64,000 bases of DNA from Piromyces finnis finn (taxonomy: Eukaryota; Fungi; Neocallimastigomycota): positions 558,001 to 622,000 of the forward strand of contig MCFH01000003.1 of the NCBI GenBank assembly GCA_002104945.1, in the 5' to 3' direction. Below are positions 27,694 to 41,543 of this stretch, one piece after another; the stretch's first letter is position 1; every line of letters begins with the position of its first letter. The translations under genes and the position numbers were made by a program. The notes under the pieces are model-generated. The model had not been told where the DNA came from, searched no databases, and saw nothing but the letters and a program-made list of their open reading frames with translations.

Positions 27694-30477
27694 ATGCAAA
27701 AGTATTGGCCAGAGAGACGTTGTCGTGATAAAGATAGCATTTGGATTGCTATTGATAGAATGACTCAGGAGGAAGTCATTTTAAAATATTTCCCAATGGA
27801 TACTTCAGATGATTTTAAAGTTTCAAGAGAAGCTTATACAATGAAATATTTATTCAACGAGGATCAAAAACACTTTTTACAACTCTATGATTATATAGAA
27901 GACCATAATGAAAATCAATATGTTATAGCTATGGAAAAAGCTGATTGTTCTTTGGAAGATATAGTAAATGAAAGAAAATTCTTAACGGAAGAAGAAGCTG
28001 TACCAATATTAAGAGAAATTCTTTATGCAATTCAAGTAATGCATAAAAATAATTTTATACATCGTGATTTAAAGTTATCAAATATATTATTAAGAAACAG
28101 AAATGACCTTTCTTCTGTTGTAATTATCGATTTTGGTGAAACAATGGATAGAACAGAAGAATATTATATTTCTGGTATGGTCGGTACACTTCATTATATG
28201 GCTCCAGAAATTCTTAACAAGAAAAAATATTATAAACCTGTAGATATTTGGGCATTAGGTGTTATTTCTTATCGACTTTTAACAAATTATTTCCCGTTTA
28301 CAACTGAAGAAGAAAATCATTCTAAACAATTGAAGGCAATTTTAAATAATGATATTTCATATATTCGTAGTGACGATACTAGATTATCAGATAAAGCTAT
28401 CGATTTTATTAACTGCTTATTGGATACTGATCCTCAAAATAGAATAAGTATTCAGGGAGCTTTAGATCATCCTTTCCTTAATCCATATTTTGAAGGTGAG
28501 TTTGTACCATATAAACCAATTCCAAAATACTCCAATAAAATGAATAAAGATAATATAAAAGAAGGTAAAGGTATAAAAAGATTATTAACTAAAGCTGTAA
28601 AAAAATCAAAGAAACAAGATATTGTTGGTGAATCAGAAAGAGTTTTTAAAAGCTTGTTCTCAAAGAATAAGCCGGAAATAAATATCACGGAATCTGATAG
28701 TGAAAATACTAGAGACAATGCTAATACAGGATATAATAATTATTCCTCAAATACATACACTCAACAATCAAATAATTATAATGGTTTAAATTATTGTGGT
28801 ACAACTTACCAAAATGATCCATATGTTAATGGTACTCAAACTATTAACAGACTTCAAACCAAACATAATCAAAATGAATATATACCATCTTATTTGAATG
28901 TTTCATTAAGTCGTAACAATTTACAAAAACAAAATAGAGATAATTATGATAGTGCAAAACAGTTAAATGATTATGTTCCACCATCAGGAAATACAGCTGG
29001 AAATGTAAATGAGTATGTTCCACCATCAGGAAATACAGCTGGAAATGTAAATGAGTATGTTCCACCATCAGGAAATACAGCTGGAAATGTAAATGAATAT
29101 GCTCCACCATCAGGAAATACAGCTGGAAATTCTATTGATACCTATTCTAATACATATGAAAACAATCCAAATAATAAATCAAATATATATAACAACAACA
29201 ATAACAATAATAATATAAGATCATATGAAAAAGATGAAATGAATAAATATCAAGAAAAAAACAGTTCTTCAGGAAATCCTTCAAGATACGATGATAATCA
29301 ACATAGAAGAGATAACTCTTCTAGTAGTCGACCTAGATATGATGATGATCGTAATAGAAGAGATAATTTTTCAAGTGGTCGTCCAAGATATGATGAAAGT
29401 CAACATAGAAGAGATAATTCTTCTGGAAGTCGTCTAAGATATGATGATGATCGTAATAGAGTAGATTCTGATGATCGTTCAAGATATGATGATGATCGTA
29501 ATAGAAGAAATAATTCTTCTGGAAGTTGTACGAGATACGAAGATGATCGTAATAGAAGAGATTATTCTTCTGAACGTCCAAGATATGATGATGATCGTAA
29601 TAGAAGAGATTATTCTTCTGAACGTCCAAAATATGATGATGATCGTAGTAAAAGAGATTATTCTTCAAGTGGTCGTCCAAAATATGATAATGATCGTAGT
29701 AAAAGAGATAATTCTTCAAGTGGTCGTCCAAGATATGATGAAAGTCAACATAGAAGAGATAATTCTTCTGGAAGTCGTCCAAGATACGAAGATGATCGTA
29801 ATAGAAGAGATTATTCTTCTGAACGTCCAAAATATGATGATGATCGTAGTAAAAGAGATAATTCTTCAAGTGGTCGTCCAAGATATGATGAAAGTCAACA
29901 TAGAAGAAATAATTCTTCTGGACGACTTCCAAGATACGAAGATGATCGTAATAGAAGAGATTATTCTTCTGAACGTCCAAAATATGATGATGATCGTAGT
30001 AAAAGAGATAATTCTTCAAGTGGTCGTCCAAGATATGATGAAAGTCAACATAGAAGCAATAATTCTTCTGGAAGTCGTCCAAGATATGAAGATGGCTTAT
30101 ATAGCCATCATCAAAGAAATTCTTCTGGAAGCCATTCAAGAAATGATGAAGAACCAAATGATTATTATAAAAGTGAAAAATTATTAAATACTCATAATTC
30201 ATCAACACCACATTCTTCTAAGAGACCATCTCCATTAGCTAATTCTGCTACTATTAAGTCTTCAGATAATAATAATCAATGCAATCTTCCATCAAAAAAT
30301 AAGGAAATGAAGGAAAAAGAAGCAACTTCAAAGTTTTCCAAAGATGATCAAAAAACAAAAAATATTTTGCCTATTGCTCTTAAATTAAAAATTGATGCTC
30401 GCCCTAAGAAATTACCATCTGCTGTTACACAGCATCCATCAAGAAATTCTTCTTTATTTAAGAGTAATAAGAAATAA
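27694..30477 (+). CDS. CAMK-group Ser/Thr protein kinase with a C-terminal tandem-repeat tail (927 aa, intronless ORF)
   Basis: Kinase motifs VILK, HRDLKLSN, DFG, GTLHYMAPE and DIWALG, and a RISIQGALDHPF end. These are followed by N/S-rich sequence, PPSGNTAGNVNEY repeats and R/D/S repeats. Confidence 0.92.
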   Translation: MQKYWPERRCRDKDSIWIAIDRMTQEEVILKYFPMDTSDDFKVSREAYTMKYLFNEDQKHFLQLYDYIEDHNENQYVIAMEKADCSLEDIVNERKFLTEEEAVPILREILYAIQVMHKNNFIHRDLKLSNILLRNRNDLSSVVIIDFGETMDRTEEYYISGMVGTLHYMAPEILNKKKYYKPVDIWALGVISYRLLTNYFPFTTEEENHSKQLKAILNNDISYIRSDDTRLSDKAIDFINCLLDTDPQNRISIQGALDHPFLNPYFEGEFVPYKPIPKYSNKMNKDNIKEGKGIKRLLTKAVKKSKKQDIVGESERVFKSLFSKNKPEINITESDSENTRDNANTGYNNYSSNTYTQQSNNYNGLNYCGTTYQNDPYVNGTQTINRLQTKHNQNEYIPSYLNVSLSRNNLQKQNRDNYDSAKQLNDYVPPSGNTAGNVNEYVPPSGNTAGNVNEYVPPSGNTAGNVNEYAPPSGNTAGNSIDTYSNTYENNPNNKSNIYNNNNNNNNIRSYEKDEMNKYQEKNSSSGNPSRYDDNQHRRDNSSSSRPRYDDDRNRRDNFSSGRPRYDESQHRRDNSSGSRLRYDDDRNRVDSDDRSRYDDDRNRRNNSSGSCTRYEDDRNRRDYSSERPRYDDDRNRRDYSSERPKYDDDRSKRDYSSSGRPKYDNDRSKRDNSSSGRPRYDESQHRRDNSSGSRPRYEDDRNRRDYSSERPKYDDDRSKRDNSSSGRPRYDESQHRRNNSSGRLPRYEDDRNRRDYSSERPKYDDDRSKRDNSSSGRPRYDESQHRSNNSSGSRPRYEDGLYSHHQRNSSGSHSRNDEEPNDYYKSEKLLNTHNSSTPHSSKRPSPLANSATIKSSDNNNQCNLPSKNKEMKEKEATSKFSKDDQKTKNILPIALKLKIDARPKKLPSAVTQHPSRNSSLFKSNKK
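28974..29127 (+). repeat. 42-nt (14-aa) coding repeat YVPPSGNTAGNVNE, about 3.7 copies
   Basis: tatgttccaccatcaggaaatacagctggaaatgtaaatgag is iterated. Confidence 0.93.
29275..30095 (+). repeat. About 17 coding units of 16-17 aa (RDNSSSGRPRYDESQHR / RDYSSERPKYDDDRSK) with a 150-nt higher-order period
   Basis: ggtcgtccaagatatgatgaaagtcaacat recurs at about 29722, 29872 and 30022. Confidence 0.93.
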
Positions 30478-31007
30478 GGGAGTTTTATCATATTTTTTTT
30501 TTTATAATTTTTATTAAAAAATTACATATACAATTTTTTAATAAATTAATAATAAAAAGAATAAATAAATATAATTAATAATAATTATTTATTCTTGTAA
30601 AATTAACCAAAAAAATAAATATATATATTTTAAAAAAAGTCAAATTTAAAAGGCAAAATAGGTTATATCTGTAATTAATTAATATTATTCCAATAATTTG
30701 TATAAAAAAAAAAAAAACTTTAAACTATTAAATATTATTATGACAATTTAAAAAAAAAGTTAAAAAAAAAAAAAGATTGAAAATATAAATATAAAAATAT
30801 AAATAATTATAATGATAAAATAATCAAATAATAATAAAAAAATGCAACCAAACAAACAAATAAACAAAAAAAAAAAAAAAAGAAAAAAAAAATACATATT
30901 TAAATAAAATAATAAAATAACAAATATAAATATTTAAAGAAAAAAAAAAAACTGTTTTTATTAATATTATTTTTTTTTTATTAATTATGGTGGTTCAATA
31001 TTTGATT

Positions 31008-31164
31008 TTAAATCATTTCTTTTATTAAAGTATACCATAGTGTAGGTAAGAAACTTTGCAAGAACTTTTTATTTTCTAAATGATTTATATAATTATCCTT
31101 TTAATATAGGAAAAGTAATGTATTAATGTATAATATATTAATAATAAATTAGCATTTTAAAATG

Positions 31165-31198
<34 letters not shown>

Positions 31199-34053
31199 TT
31201 ATTATTATAATGTATAGGATATATTTACCATTTCATGGTAGAGTAATATTATATTGATATTATTAGGTTGAAGGAAAATAATTTGTTTCAATAGTTGTGC
31301 GTAGAATTCATTTGCATGGACGGAATATAAGACTTTATTTTCAATCAAGTTTTTTGTCATGGAGATAATACTTTTATTAGAAGCTTGGGCTAGATCAAAA
31401 TCTTTATTTTTTTTTTTAAATATATAATAAATATTTAAAATAAAATAAAATAAAATAAAATAAAATAAAAAAAAATAAAATAAAATAAAATAAAATAAAA
31501 TAAAATAAAATAAAATAAAATAAAATAAAATAAAATAAAATAAAATAAAATAAAATAAAATAAAATAAAATAAAATAAAATAAAATAAAATAAAATAAAA
31601 TAAAATAAAATAAAATAAAATAAAATAAAATAAAATAAAATAAAATAAAATAAAATAAAATAAAATAAAATAAAATAAAATTAATAATTATGCCATATAC
31701 ATCCCAATATTATTATATAATATAATGATATTAAATTTTAAATTCATGTCTGTTATTACCTTTTATTACTTTTTTTATTTCCATGATATAATCTGTAAAT
31801 ATTTTATTTGTGATTTCCATAAGATGCTTATTTTCTTCAATCAACATTCCCATTTGTAAATAGTCAATGCCTATATTGAGAACTTCATTATTGCTTGTAT
31901 GCAATATATTATTGCCTTGAATAAAGTGTTGACACAGGCTCTTCTGAAGGTCAATTTTTATTTCGTTAAATAGAATATTAATCCAAAACCATAACCAATC
32001 ACTCATGCTTAATTGATGATACATATCTTGATAATTAATATTACTTAATTTCATTTGATTTTCATTGGCATATATATTACATGTAGAAAATATAGGCTTT
32101 AAGAATTGACTCTTTTTTATATGGTGAGTTATTAATTTTATACAAGAAATATTATTTTCATTAAATTCTTTTATACACTGATTTTGTTTGTTTAAATTAT
32201 AGTAATCTTTTAATAAATCAAATAGGATAGACAAATTTGTTGGGAAAATCTTTTTTATATTACAAAATAATTATATATATAATAAAATAGTACAAAATAC
32301 AATATATATTAATATTATTATTATAAATATATTTACAATTATTTCAAATTTAAAATACACTATTATTTATTCCTACCTCTTTTATTAATGATATATAAAC
32401 TTCATAATCTATATTACTTTTAATGATGCTTAAGATACTTAAAAATAGTTGTGTAATCTTTATATAATCCAAGTTATGGATAAGATTACAAAATATTATG
32501 ATATCTTCTTGAAGTAATGATTTATTTCTTGACTTTATAGCATCTAAAATAACCTCTAAGATAAGCGAATTAAATAAAAATTCGTTAATATGTCGTACAA
32601 TCATTTCATCGTTATTAGTATCCCCCTCAATAGATTTATTTCGTATTTCTAAATAAGCTTGGCAAGTATTAACAATTTCTTGTTCATGAACAATAGTATA
32701 TTCCATAATTAATCTATTATTTTATTTATTATTTTTTTTTTCATATAGAATAGAACAGTGTTAATTAAATTAATCTTTATAGGTTATATATGATATATAT
32801 ATATATATTATTGATCAAATAATATTTATTATTATAATTTTTTACTTTTTTTTTGTATTTTTGGTCAATAGATGATAAATATTTTTTGGACCTATTATTA
32901 CATTAATTAAAAAGGTTTCTTTCAAATTTCCATGACTTTTATATTTAACAATGATATATACATATTTATTAATCATAAAATATTTGCTAAACTCCTGACA
33001 AATTATAAATTTATATATATATATATAATTTTTTACCTTGCTTTAATTATTTCTTCTACTAATGGTAATATAATAGATGTTTGATCTAACATATATACAC
33101 AAACATCTAATATATCATTAATAATATCCTAATTATACATGAAATATTTAATAATTTTTATTTCTTTTTAAAAATTTTACTTATATATATATTTATATTA
33201 AGTAATAGAGAAAGAAATGTATAGTTATAAAAAAACTTACAATATTACTATTTTCATTTTTATTAAATTCTACAAAACTTTTTAATATAGATAGTTGTTC
33301 ATTTATAATTTCTTCATAAAAATCGGTTGAACTATAATTTAATGTTTTTATACTTTCTTCAAGTTGTTTTATGTATTTTGTTCGAGGAAATTCCGTTGAA
33401 ATCATAAGAGTTCTTATTCTTTGGATACACCATAGTTGAGTGCTTTAATGATTTGAATAGAATAAATAAAATAAAATAAAATAAAATTAAATAATTGTTT
33501 ATTTTTTTTTACTGCTTTATTTTGAGAAATTAAAATTTACATTTGAAATTTAAAAATCAATATATATATATATATATATTCACATTTATTTAAATAATGT
33601 CACAATGTCATGTACTACTAACTTTGATAATTTTACATTGGATAAAATAAAATCACTTTTAGATTTATCTTTAAAAAATTTTGAAAATTCAAAAATACAA
33701 TGGATTATACATGTGACAGCTTCCTGGTTTAACAAAACAATTTTATTAATAATTAAATTACTTAGTATTTCTTCAATTTGTGGTAAATTGTATATACAAT
33801 CTTCTGCTGTTTCAAAATGCATTAAAAGCTTTTTACCACAAAAATTATATATATATATAGATATAATATAAAATTAAAAAGTCAATGCTTATTTTAAAAT
33901 AATAAAGAAATATTTAAATGTTTTTACTTGATTTAGAGCTTTTAAAGATTTTACTAATGTTGATAAATTATCAAATACAAATTGATAATCTTTTTTTTTT
34001 GTACATATTTCTTCTAGTAATTCAATATTTAAATCTTGTATATTTACATCCAT
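31008..34053 (-). CDS. Hypothetical multi-exon, predominantly helical protein (family not recognised)
   Basis: A chain of minus-strand open segments with GT-AG boundaries runs from MDVNIQDLNIELLEEICTK (34053) through the 78-, 70-, 118- and 167-aa ORF-track pieces to ..KKFLQSFLPTLWYTLIKEMI* (31008). One or two internal junctions near 32860-33060 could not be phased cleanly. Confidence 0.55.
31436..31680. repeat. (TAAAA)n microsatellite, about 49 units, intronic
   Basis: Directly visible, with one interruption near 31471. Confidence 0.97.
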
Positions 34054-35257
34054 ATTTGATATTTTTATTTCTTAAAGGTTTAATTACAATTTCAATTTCA
34101 ATTTCAAAATAAAAAAAAAAAAATAATTATGTATTATATTATTATCAATCTATCAAAAAATTGAGTTAAAAACAATGTAGAGTTTCTTGCCATATTTTTA
34201 ATAATTTAATATTTAACTTTATTTAATTGATTAATTTTCTTTTGCTTTTACTTCATTTATAATCTTTATTTTAGTATATTGAATTATTTAAACTTTTAAT
34301 AGGTGTATCATTCAATGAATGATGAATTAGGACAATAAAAATAAAAGTGGTTAGTTAACACGTGATTTTTGAAATTTAATTAATATCCATTTTTTTTATT
34401 CATTTACTTTAAATATTTAATTAATATTTAAAATAAATCATCAAAGTTAAGAAAATATTGATATTCATAATGGCTAATATCTTATTTTATAAGAGAAATT
34501 ATGTATGAAAATGTAATATTAGTTCTCTTTCTTATTTGTTTAATAATTTCCTTTTTCTATTATATATAAATTACAAAAGGATAGGGATTACAATTAAAAA
34601 ATAAAATATATAAAAAAACATTTTCAAAGTATTATAATTATAATTTATATAAAATTAATTTGTATCATGCATGGTTCAAATTTTTAAGAAAAAATATTTT
34701 AAATTATGATTATTATTAAAAAACATATAGTTAATATATATATATATATATATTTAATACTTTCTTTTATTTTTATTTATACATAATTTCATTTTTTTTT
34801 CATTCATTTTTAAAATATTTTATTCATATATATATATTGTAAAATAGGTTAAAGATTGTTTTATTAGCTACAATTAGTAATATTTTTTTAAAAAAAAAAT
34901 AATCGTTTTTATTCTTAATGTTTCCAACAGTAATTCTAATAATAGAGCATTAATATTCATTTTTAGAATGATATACTTTAAAGTTTGACAATTATTAAAT
35001 TTTCATTTTTTTATATATATATATATCAATTATTTTATTTTTATTTTATTTTAAAAAGAATATTACATTAACCTGCAAAGTAATTATTTCTTTTTTCCAT
35101 TAGACAACTTACTAAAATCTGGATTATCAAATAACAACAACAGTATTAATAAAATAAAGAATGAAATAATAATTATATGTAGATATATATCATATAATAA
35201 AGCATATTGAAAAAAAAAACTAGAAAAATTAAAATTTGTTCATTATAATTTATATCA

Positions 35258-38200
35258 ATGAATATAAATTTCTTAATATCCATTATACAATTTATTATAT
35301 TCATTTCATCGGTAGATGCTATACTTGAAAATGGTAAAGAAAATTTAAGAGATACTTCATCATCATCATCTTCTTTTTCAACGATACATTCTAATAAATC
35401 TCCTACAAAATGGGCAGTATATTTATATGATAAAAAGAGAGATAGATATTTAACAGATGAAGAAGCAAATATGGTTGCAGAAGAAAAAAATTTTATTAAT
35501 TTAGGTAAAATTGGTGAATTAGAGGGATATTGGTTATTTAAAATGAAAGAAGATGAATATGAAGGAGAAAATGATACTAATAATAATGAAAATAATAAAA
35601 ATGAAAATAGTGATGATAATGATTTATTATCATGTCAAGAGAATGATAATGAATGCAAAAGTCAATATGATGAAAAAAAAAAAAAAAGAAATATTATTCG
35701 TAAAAGAACAATTACAGAAGCCGAAGATGATCTATCCTATTTAGAAGATTTACATTGGTTTGAAAAACAAAGATATGTACAAAGATATAAAAGAGAATTT
35801 GTTGCATATAGTATCAATGATTTATTAAATCATGGTATTGGTGGGAAAAGTAATGTTTATGATGATAATATACAAAGAAGACAATATATAAATTCATATA
35901 AATATGATCAACAAATAAATGGCCAATTTGTTAATAAACGGAGTCTTTATGACATATTTCGAAAAAATAATTTAAATAAAGAAAAAAAGGAAGCACGAGG
36001 AATTACATTCAATGATAAATATTCAGATTCAGATATATCCTATGATTTTGAAAATTTAAATTTTACTGATCCTTTTTTCCATAGACAATGGCATTTGGTA
36101 ATTAATTAATTTCATCAATTGATTATAGTAATAGGTTTTATTTAAATATAATTATACCATCATATATTAAAATTTCATTATGAATGATTTCAACGAAATA
36201 TTAATTAATAAATAAACATTACTTATCAATATATATGTTAATTTATATAACTTTAATAATTATCATTAAATTTTAATTGCATATCCCATGTCATTTAATA
36301 GTATAATAATGGAACTGTCAGTAAACATATTGGAAATGATATCAATGTAGTTCCATTATGGAAAAGGGGTATCAATGGAACTGGTGTTGTTGTTTCCGTT
36401 ATTGATGATGGTATAAGATTCAATCATTTAAAATTTATTATAAAAAAAATTATTAAATATTAATATTTGATGATATATATTATATGAATATAATTCTACT
36501 TGTAATATTTTGTAGGTGTTGAATGGACTCATGAAGATATTAATCCAAATTGGGTAGGAATTAATCATTGAATCGTAGCTTTAATACATAAATATCATTA
36601 ACTATAGATATTTAAGTAAGGATATTAATAATCTTCATTTATTATTGATTTTTTTTAAATATTATACTATATATATATATAATTTGATATAGAATGTAGA
36701 ATCTAGTTTTGATTTTTCATTAAATTCTCAATATACCGATAAAAGAAGATTATCTAAAGATGATTCTCATGGTACTCGTTGTGCTGGTGCTATTGCTGCT
36801 CAACCAAATTCAGTTTGTGGTATTGGTGTTGCTTTTGGCGCTAAAATTGCAGGTAAAAATGATTTATATTCAAACTTTATATAAAGAGATACTATCATTT
36901 ATTTATTTATCATATTAAATCCTTTGAATTTCAAATTTATTATGAATTCTAAAACTAATTTTTCAATCATTTTTAAATATATATAATATTATTAATATAT
37001 TCTAATAAATTAAATAGGTGAAAGATTAATTTCAACAATGACAACAGATTCAATGGAAGCAACAGCTTTAAATTATAAATATCAAATTAATGATATTTAT
37101 TCAAATAGTTGGGGTCCAAGTGATGATGGTACTTCATTGGAAGGTCCAGGTACTCTTTGTAATAAAGCTTTACAAAATGGTGTTTTAAAAGGTAGAAAAG
37201 GTTATGGATCAATTTTTATATTTGCTTCAGGAAATGGTGGTGTTTACGACGATAATTGTAATTTTGATGGGTTTGCTAATAGTATTTATACCATTGCTAT
37301 TGGTGCTATTGCTCATGATAATTCAAAACCATTTTATGCAGAAGTCTGTTCAGCACAATTAGCTGTTACGTATTCTGGTGATAGAAAATTAGCTATTGTA
37401 AATTATTCTTATTCATCATATGATATAATATAATAAAATAATATAAAATATAAATATTTAAAAAATTTATTATTTTTATTAATTATATTTTTAAAATCAA
37501 CAATTTAATGCTAAAATATATTACACACCGTTTAGACCACGACTGATATATTGAATTCAGGTGTAGATAAAGTAACAAAAGTAAAAGGTTGTACTTCTGA
37601 TCATTCCGGTACTTCAGCTGCTGCACCAATAGCTTCTGGTATAATTGCATTAATGTTATCTGTAAGGTAAATTTTTAACCATACTAAAGGAATAATATAA
37701 TTATATATTAAAAAAAAATTTAATTGATTATTTAATTAATGTCATTATTTTTTTTATTATTATTATTATAAAAAATTAAAATACGAATAAATAAATATAT
37801 AAATAAATAAATAAATAAATAATTTATAAAAGGTCTGATTTAGGTTGGAGAGATGTTCAGCATATTATTGTTAATAATGCAGTAATTGTTAATCCAGATG
37901 ACAGTGGATGGATTAAAAATGGCGCAGGTCATTTTGTTCATCATTTTTATGGATTTGGTAAATTGGATGCTGAAAAATTAGTAGATGCTAGTATAAAACA
38001 TAAGATTTTACCAATAGCACCTTTAAAATATTCAAAAGAAGTATCATCGAGACTAACTATTCCTATTGATAATACACCGGTAGAGTCAACAATAGAATTA
38101 ACAGAAAAAGAAGTAGGTGTTATTCACTCATTGGAACATGTTCAAGTAACCGTTAAACTTCCTCATAAAAATAGACGTTACCTTACCATAAAATTAATTT

Positions 38201-39219
38201 CTCCTAGCGGAACAGAGTCTTTATTAGCTACAGAAAGACCTTATGATGAAGGAACAAATGGATTTAACGGATGGACATTTATGACGGTGTTTAATTGGGG
38301 GGAATCTCCTATAGGTATATGGAAATTAGTTATAATAGATAGTCGTAGAACTGAAAACCCAGATAATATTGTATGGAAATTGGGAAAACTTGTTTCATGG
38401 AAAATTACCGTTCATGGACTTTGTGATGAAAAACATGTTTTATATAATGAAAATAAAAGACCATATTGCAGTGTTAATATAAACAATGATAATTCTCTTT
38501 TTGAAACCATTAAAAATAAATATGTATTTTTGGGTTTAATGTTGATTTGTATCATTGTATGCTCATTTATATTTTACTTATTTAACAAAAAACGTAATGA
38601 TAAGTACCTACCATTACAAACAAATGAACCAAATTTTGAATTAAGTAAATTAAAAAATAAAGAATTTCATAATAGTGACACTATATATAAAAGTAGTCAG
38701 GCATCCTTGGATATAAAGAATAAATCATCTCCAACAAAATCCTCCGCTAATTCCAATAATACTAAGGCAAGTCCAAGTTATAGTATAGAGGTTGAAACTG
38801 AAAATAATTCAAAGAATGTACCTTTAATGCATTTCAAAATGAACAATAAAAGTAATCTTGTTAAATCATGGTCTCTAAGTAATATTCAAGAGCGTAAATC
38901 TAATATGTATAGTAGTAATGAAGATAATACACCAATTGCAGAAGATAAGAAATTTAAATTCCCTAAGTCAGGAAATGCCCAGGATATAAGAAACCTTATT
39001 GAAAGAAATACACGAGAATTACAAAAACAAAGTAGTCTTCGTAAAGAATTTGGCAGCACTGCCTCTTTAAAAAATGATACATCAGAAAAAAAACCAATGT
39101 TAAGACGTGCCTGCTCATCAAAAATATTATTAGATGACGGTGAATCTAAAAATGTAAAAAAATCTAATCTTAAATTAAACAAAAGTAAAAGTTCTAACAA
39201 CTTAAAATTAAAATTCTAG
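35258..39219 (+). CDS. KEX2: Kexin/furin-like proprotein convertase (S8 protease + P domain + TM + long cytosolic tail), multi-exon
   Basis: Signal peptide and prodomain, FTDPFFHRQWHL, catalytic Asp (VSVIDDG), His (HGTRCAG), oxyanion Asn (FASGNGG) and Ser (HSGTSAAAP). Also LGWRDVQH, FYGFGKLDAEKLV, a P domain (LEHVQV..LISPSGT..WTFMTVFNWGESP.G.WKL) and a TM (VFLGLMLICIIVCSFIFYLF). Confidence 0.95.
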
Positions 39220-40837
39220 AATACATAGAATGCCAGTTTTTTTATTATAATCACTTTAAATATTTATAGACATCACTTTTTTTTTATATATATATATATC
39301 CTTTTTTTTTTTACCTTTTATATATATACAATTAATTTAATTTTATTTTTAAACTATTTAATTATATAATTATTGTTATTAAGTATTTATAATTAAATAT
39401 ATATTTTTAAATATAATCAATTAAACTATCGTATTTTCTTAAAATTATATAATTGTATTGTAAAAAAAAAAATTGAATACTGAAATAAAGAATATCATAT
39501 TATTCAAATTTTTTTATAAAATAACAATAGGATATATCAATTTATTTTATTTATAATGTATTAATTTAAAGATATATTTTAATATTATTTTTTATTGTTA
39601 AGCATGAAGAAAAGGCTTTATTTTTACATTATTGTATCCTACCCAAAAAATAAAATTTTTCATAATTATAAAGAAGTAATTATTTAATACTTTATTTAAT
39701 AATATATAAACAATAAAATAATGAATTTCATTTTTTTTATTGTTATATTTTATTATGATTAATATAATGACAACTAATATCTTATTGTCATAATTTTATT
39801 ATATATATTTAAATTTCCTTTTTTTTGAATTATAAAAAAAATTTTTTTGCAAAAAACGAAACTTTATGGGTAAGCAAAAAATAATTTATTGCTGTATTTT
39901 TAATATATACTTTTTACAAAAATATTTATTAATAAAAAAAATTTTTTTTTTAAAAGATATTCTACTTTTCTATAAAAAAAATTACTAATTTAAACTTTTT
40001 ATATTTATTAAAGTAAAAAAAAAAAAAAAAAAGTAAAATAATAATAATAATATTATTATTAATAGTAGTAATAACAATTTATTAATAAAATTAAAAAAAA
40101 AAAACTTACTTCTTTTTTTCTATAATTTCTTTAATTTATATAATAGAATAAGTCATAATAAAAAAAAAAAATAATTTTATTTCAAAATCTATTAGTATAT
40201 AAAAAGGTATATTATTTTTAATATATAACAATAAAAAAAAATATCAATTTATCATTGTTGGACATTAAAACTTTTATTAAAGATGTCATAATGCATAAAA
40301 TGAATTTAAAAACAAGTCAAGAAATCTATATATATATTTAAGTTTCTCAACAACTATAATTTCAACATTATAAAAATATTCTGTAATATATATATATAAA
40401 CTTTATCTTTATTAATAACAATATAATTTCGCAATATAGAAGATTTGATTTGATGAAATTTCCATTAATTCTACAAATTTAGAAATGCATAAATAAAGAT
40501 GAATAAGAATATTAAAATAAAAATAAATAACCATATATTACGTTTTTATTTGAAACTTGAGGAATCTACTTTAAAATATTTATTATTTTAATACATATTG
40601 AACATTTAATAAAAGAAATTAATGTTTTTTATAAATAAAACTATTTTATTTATAAATAGTATTCAGATATATTAAGCTAAAGAAGAATATAATTTCTTTT
40701 AAAATTTTAAAATACCATTTATTCTTTTTTTCTTAATTAATGCAAAGAAATTAAAATTATTTATTTATGTATATAAAATTAATATTATAATTTATTAATA
40801 ATATTAAAGATAAAAATAGAATAAATAAAAAAGAAAA

Positions 40838-41543
<706 letters not shown>

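Noticed and set aside
29333-30211. 292-aa minus-strand and 238-aa alternative-frame ORFs over the kinase tail
   Set aside because: They are shadow ORFs of the tandem repeat.
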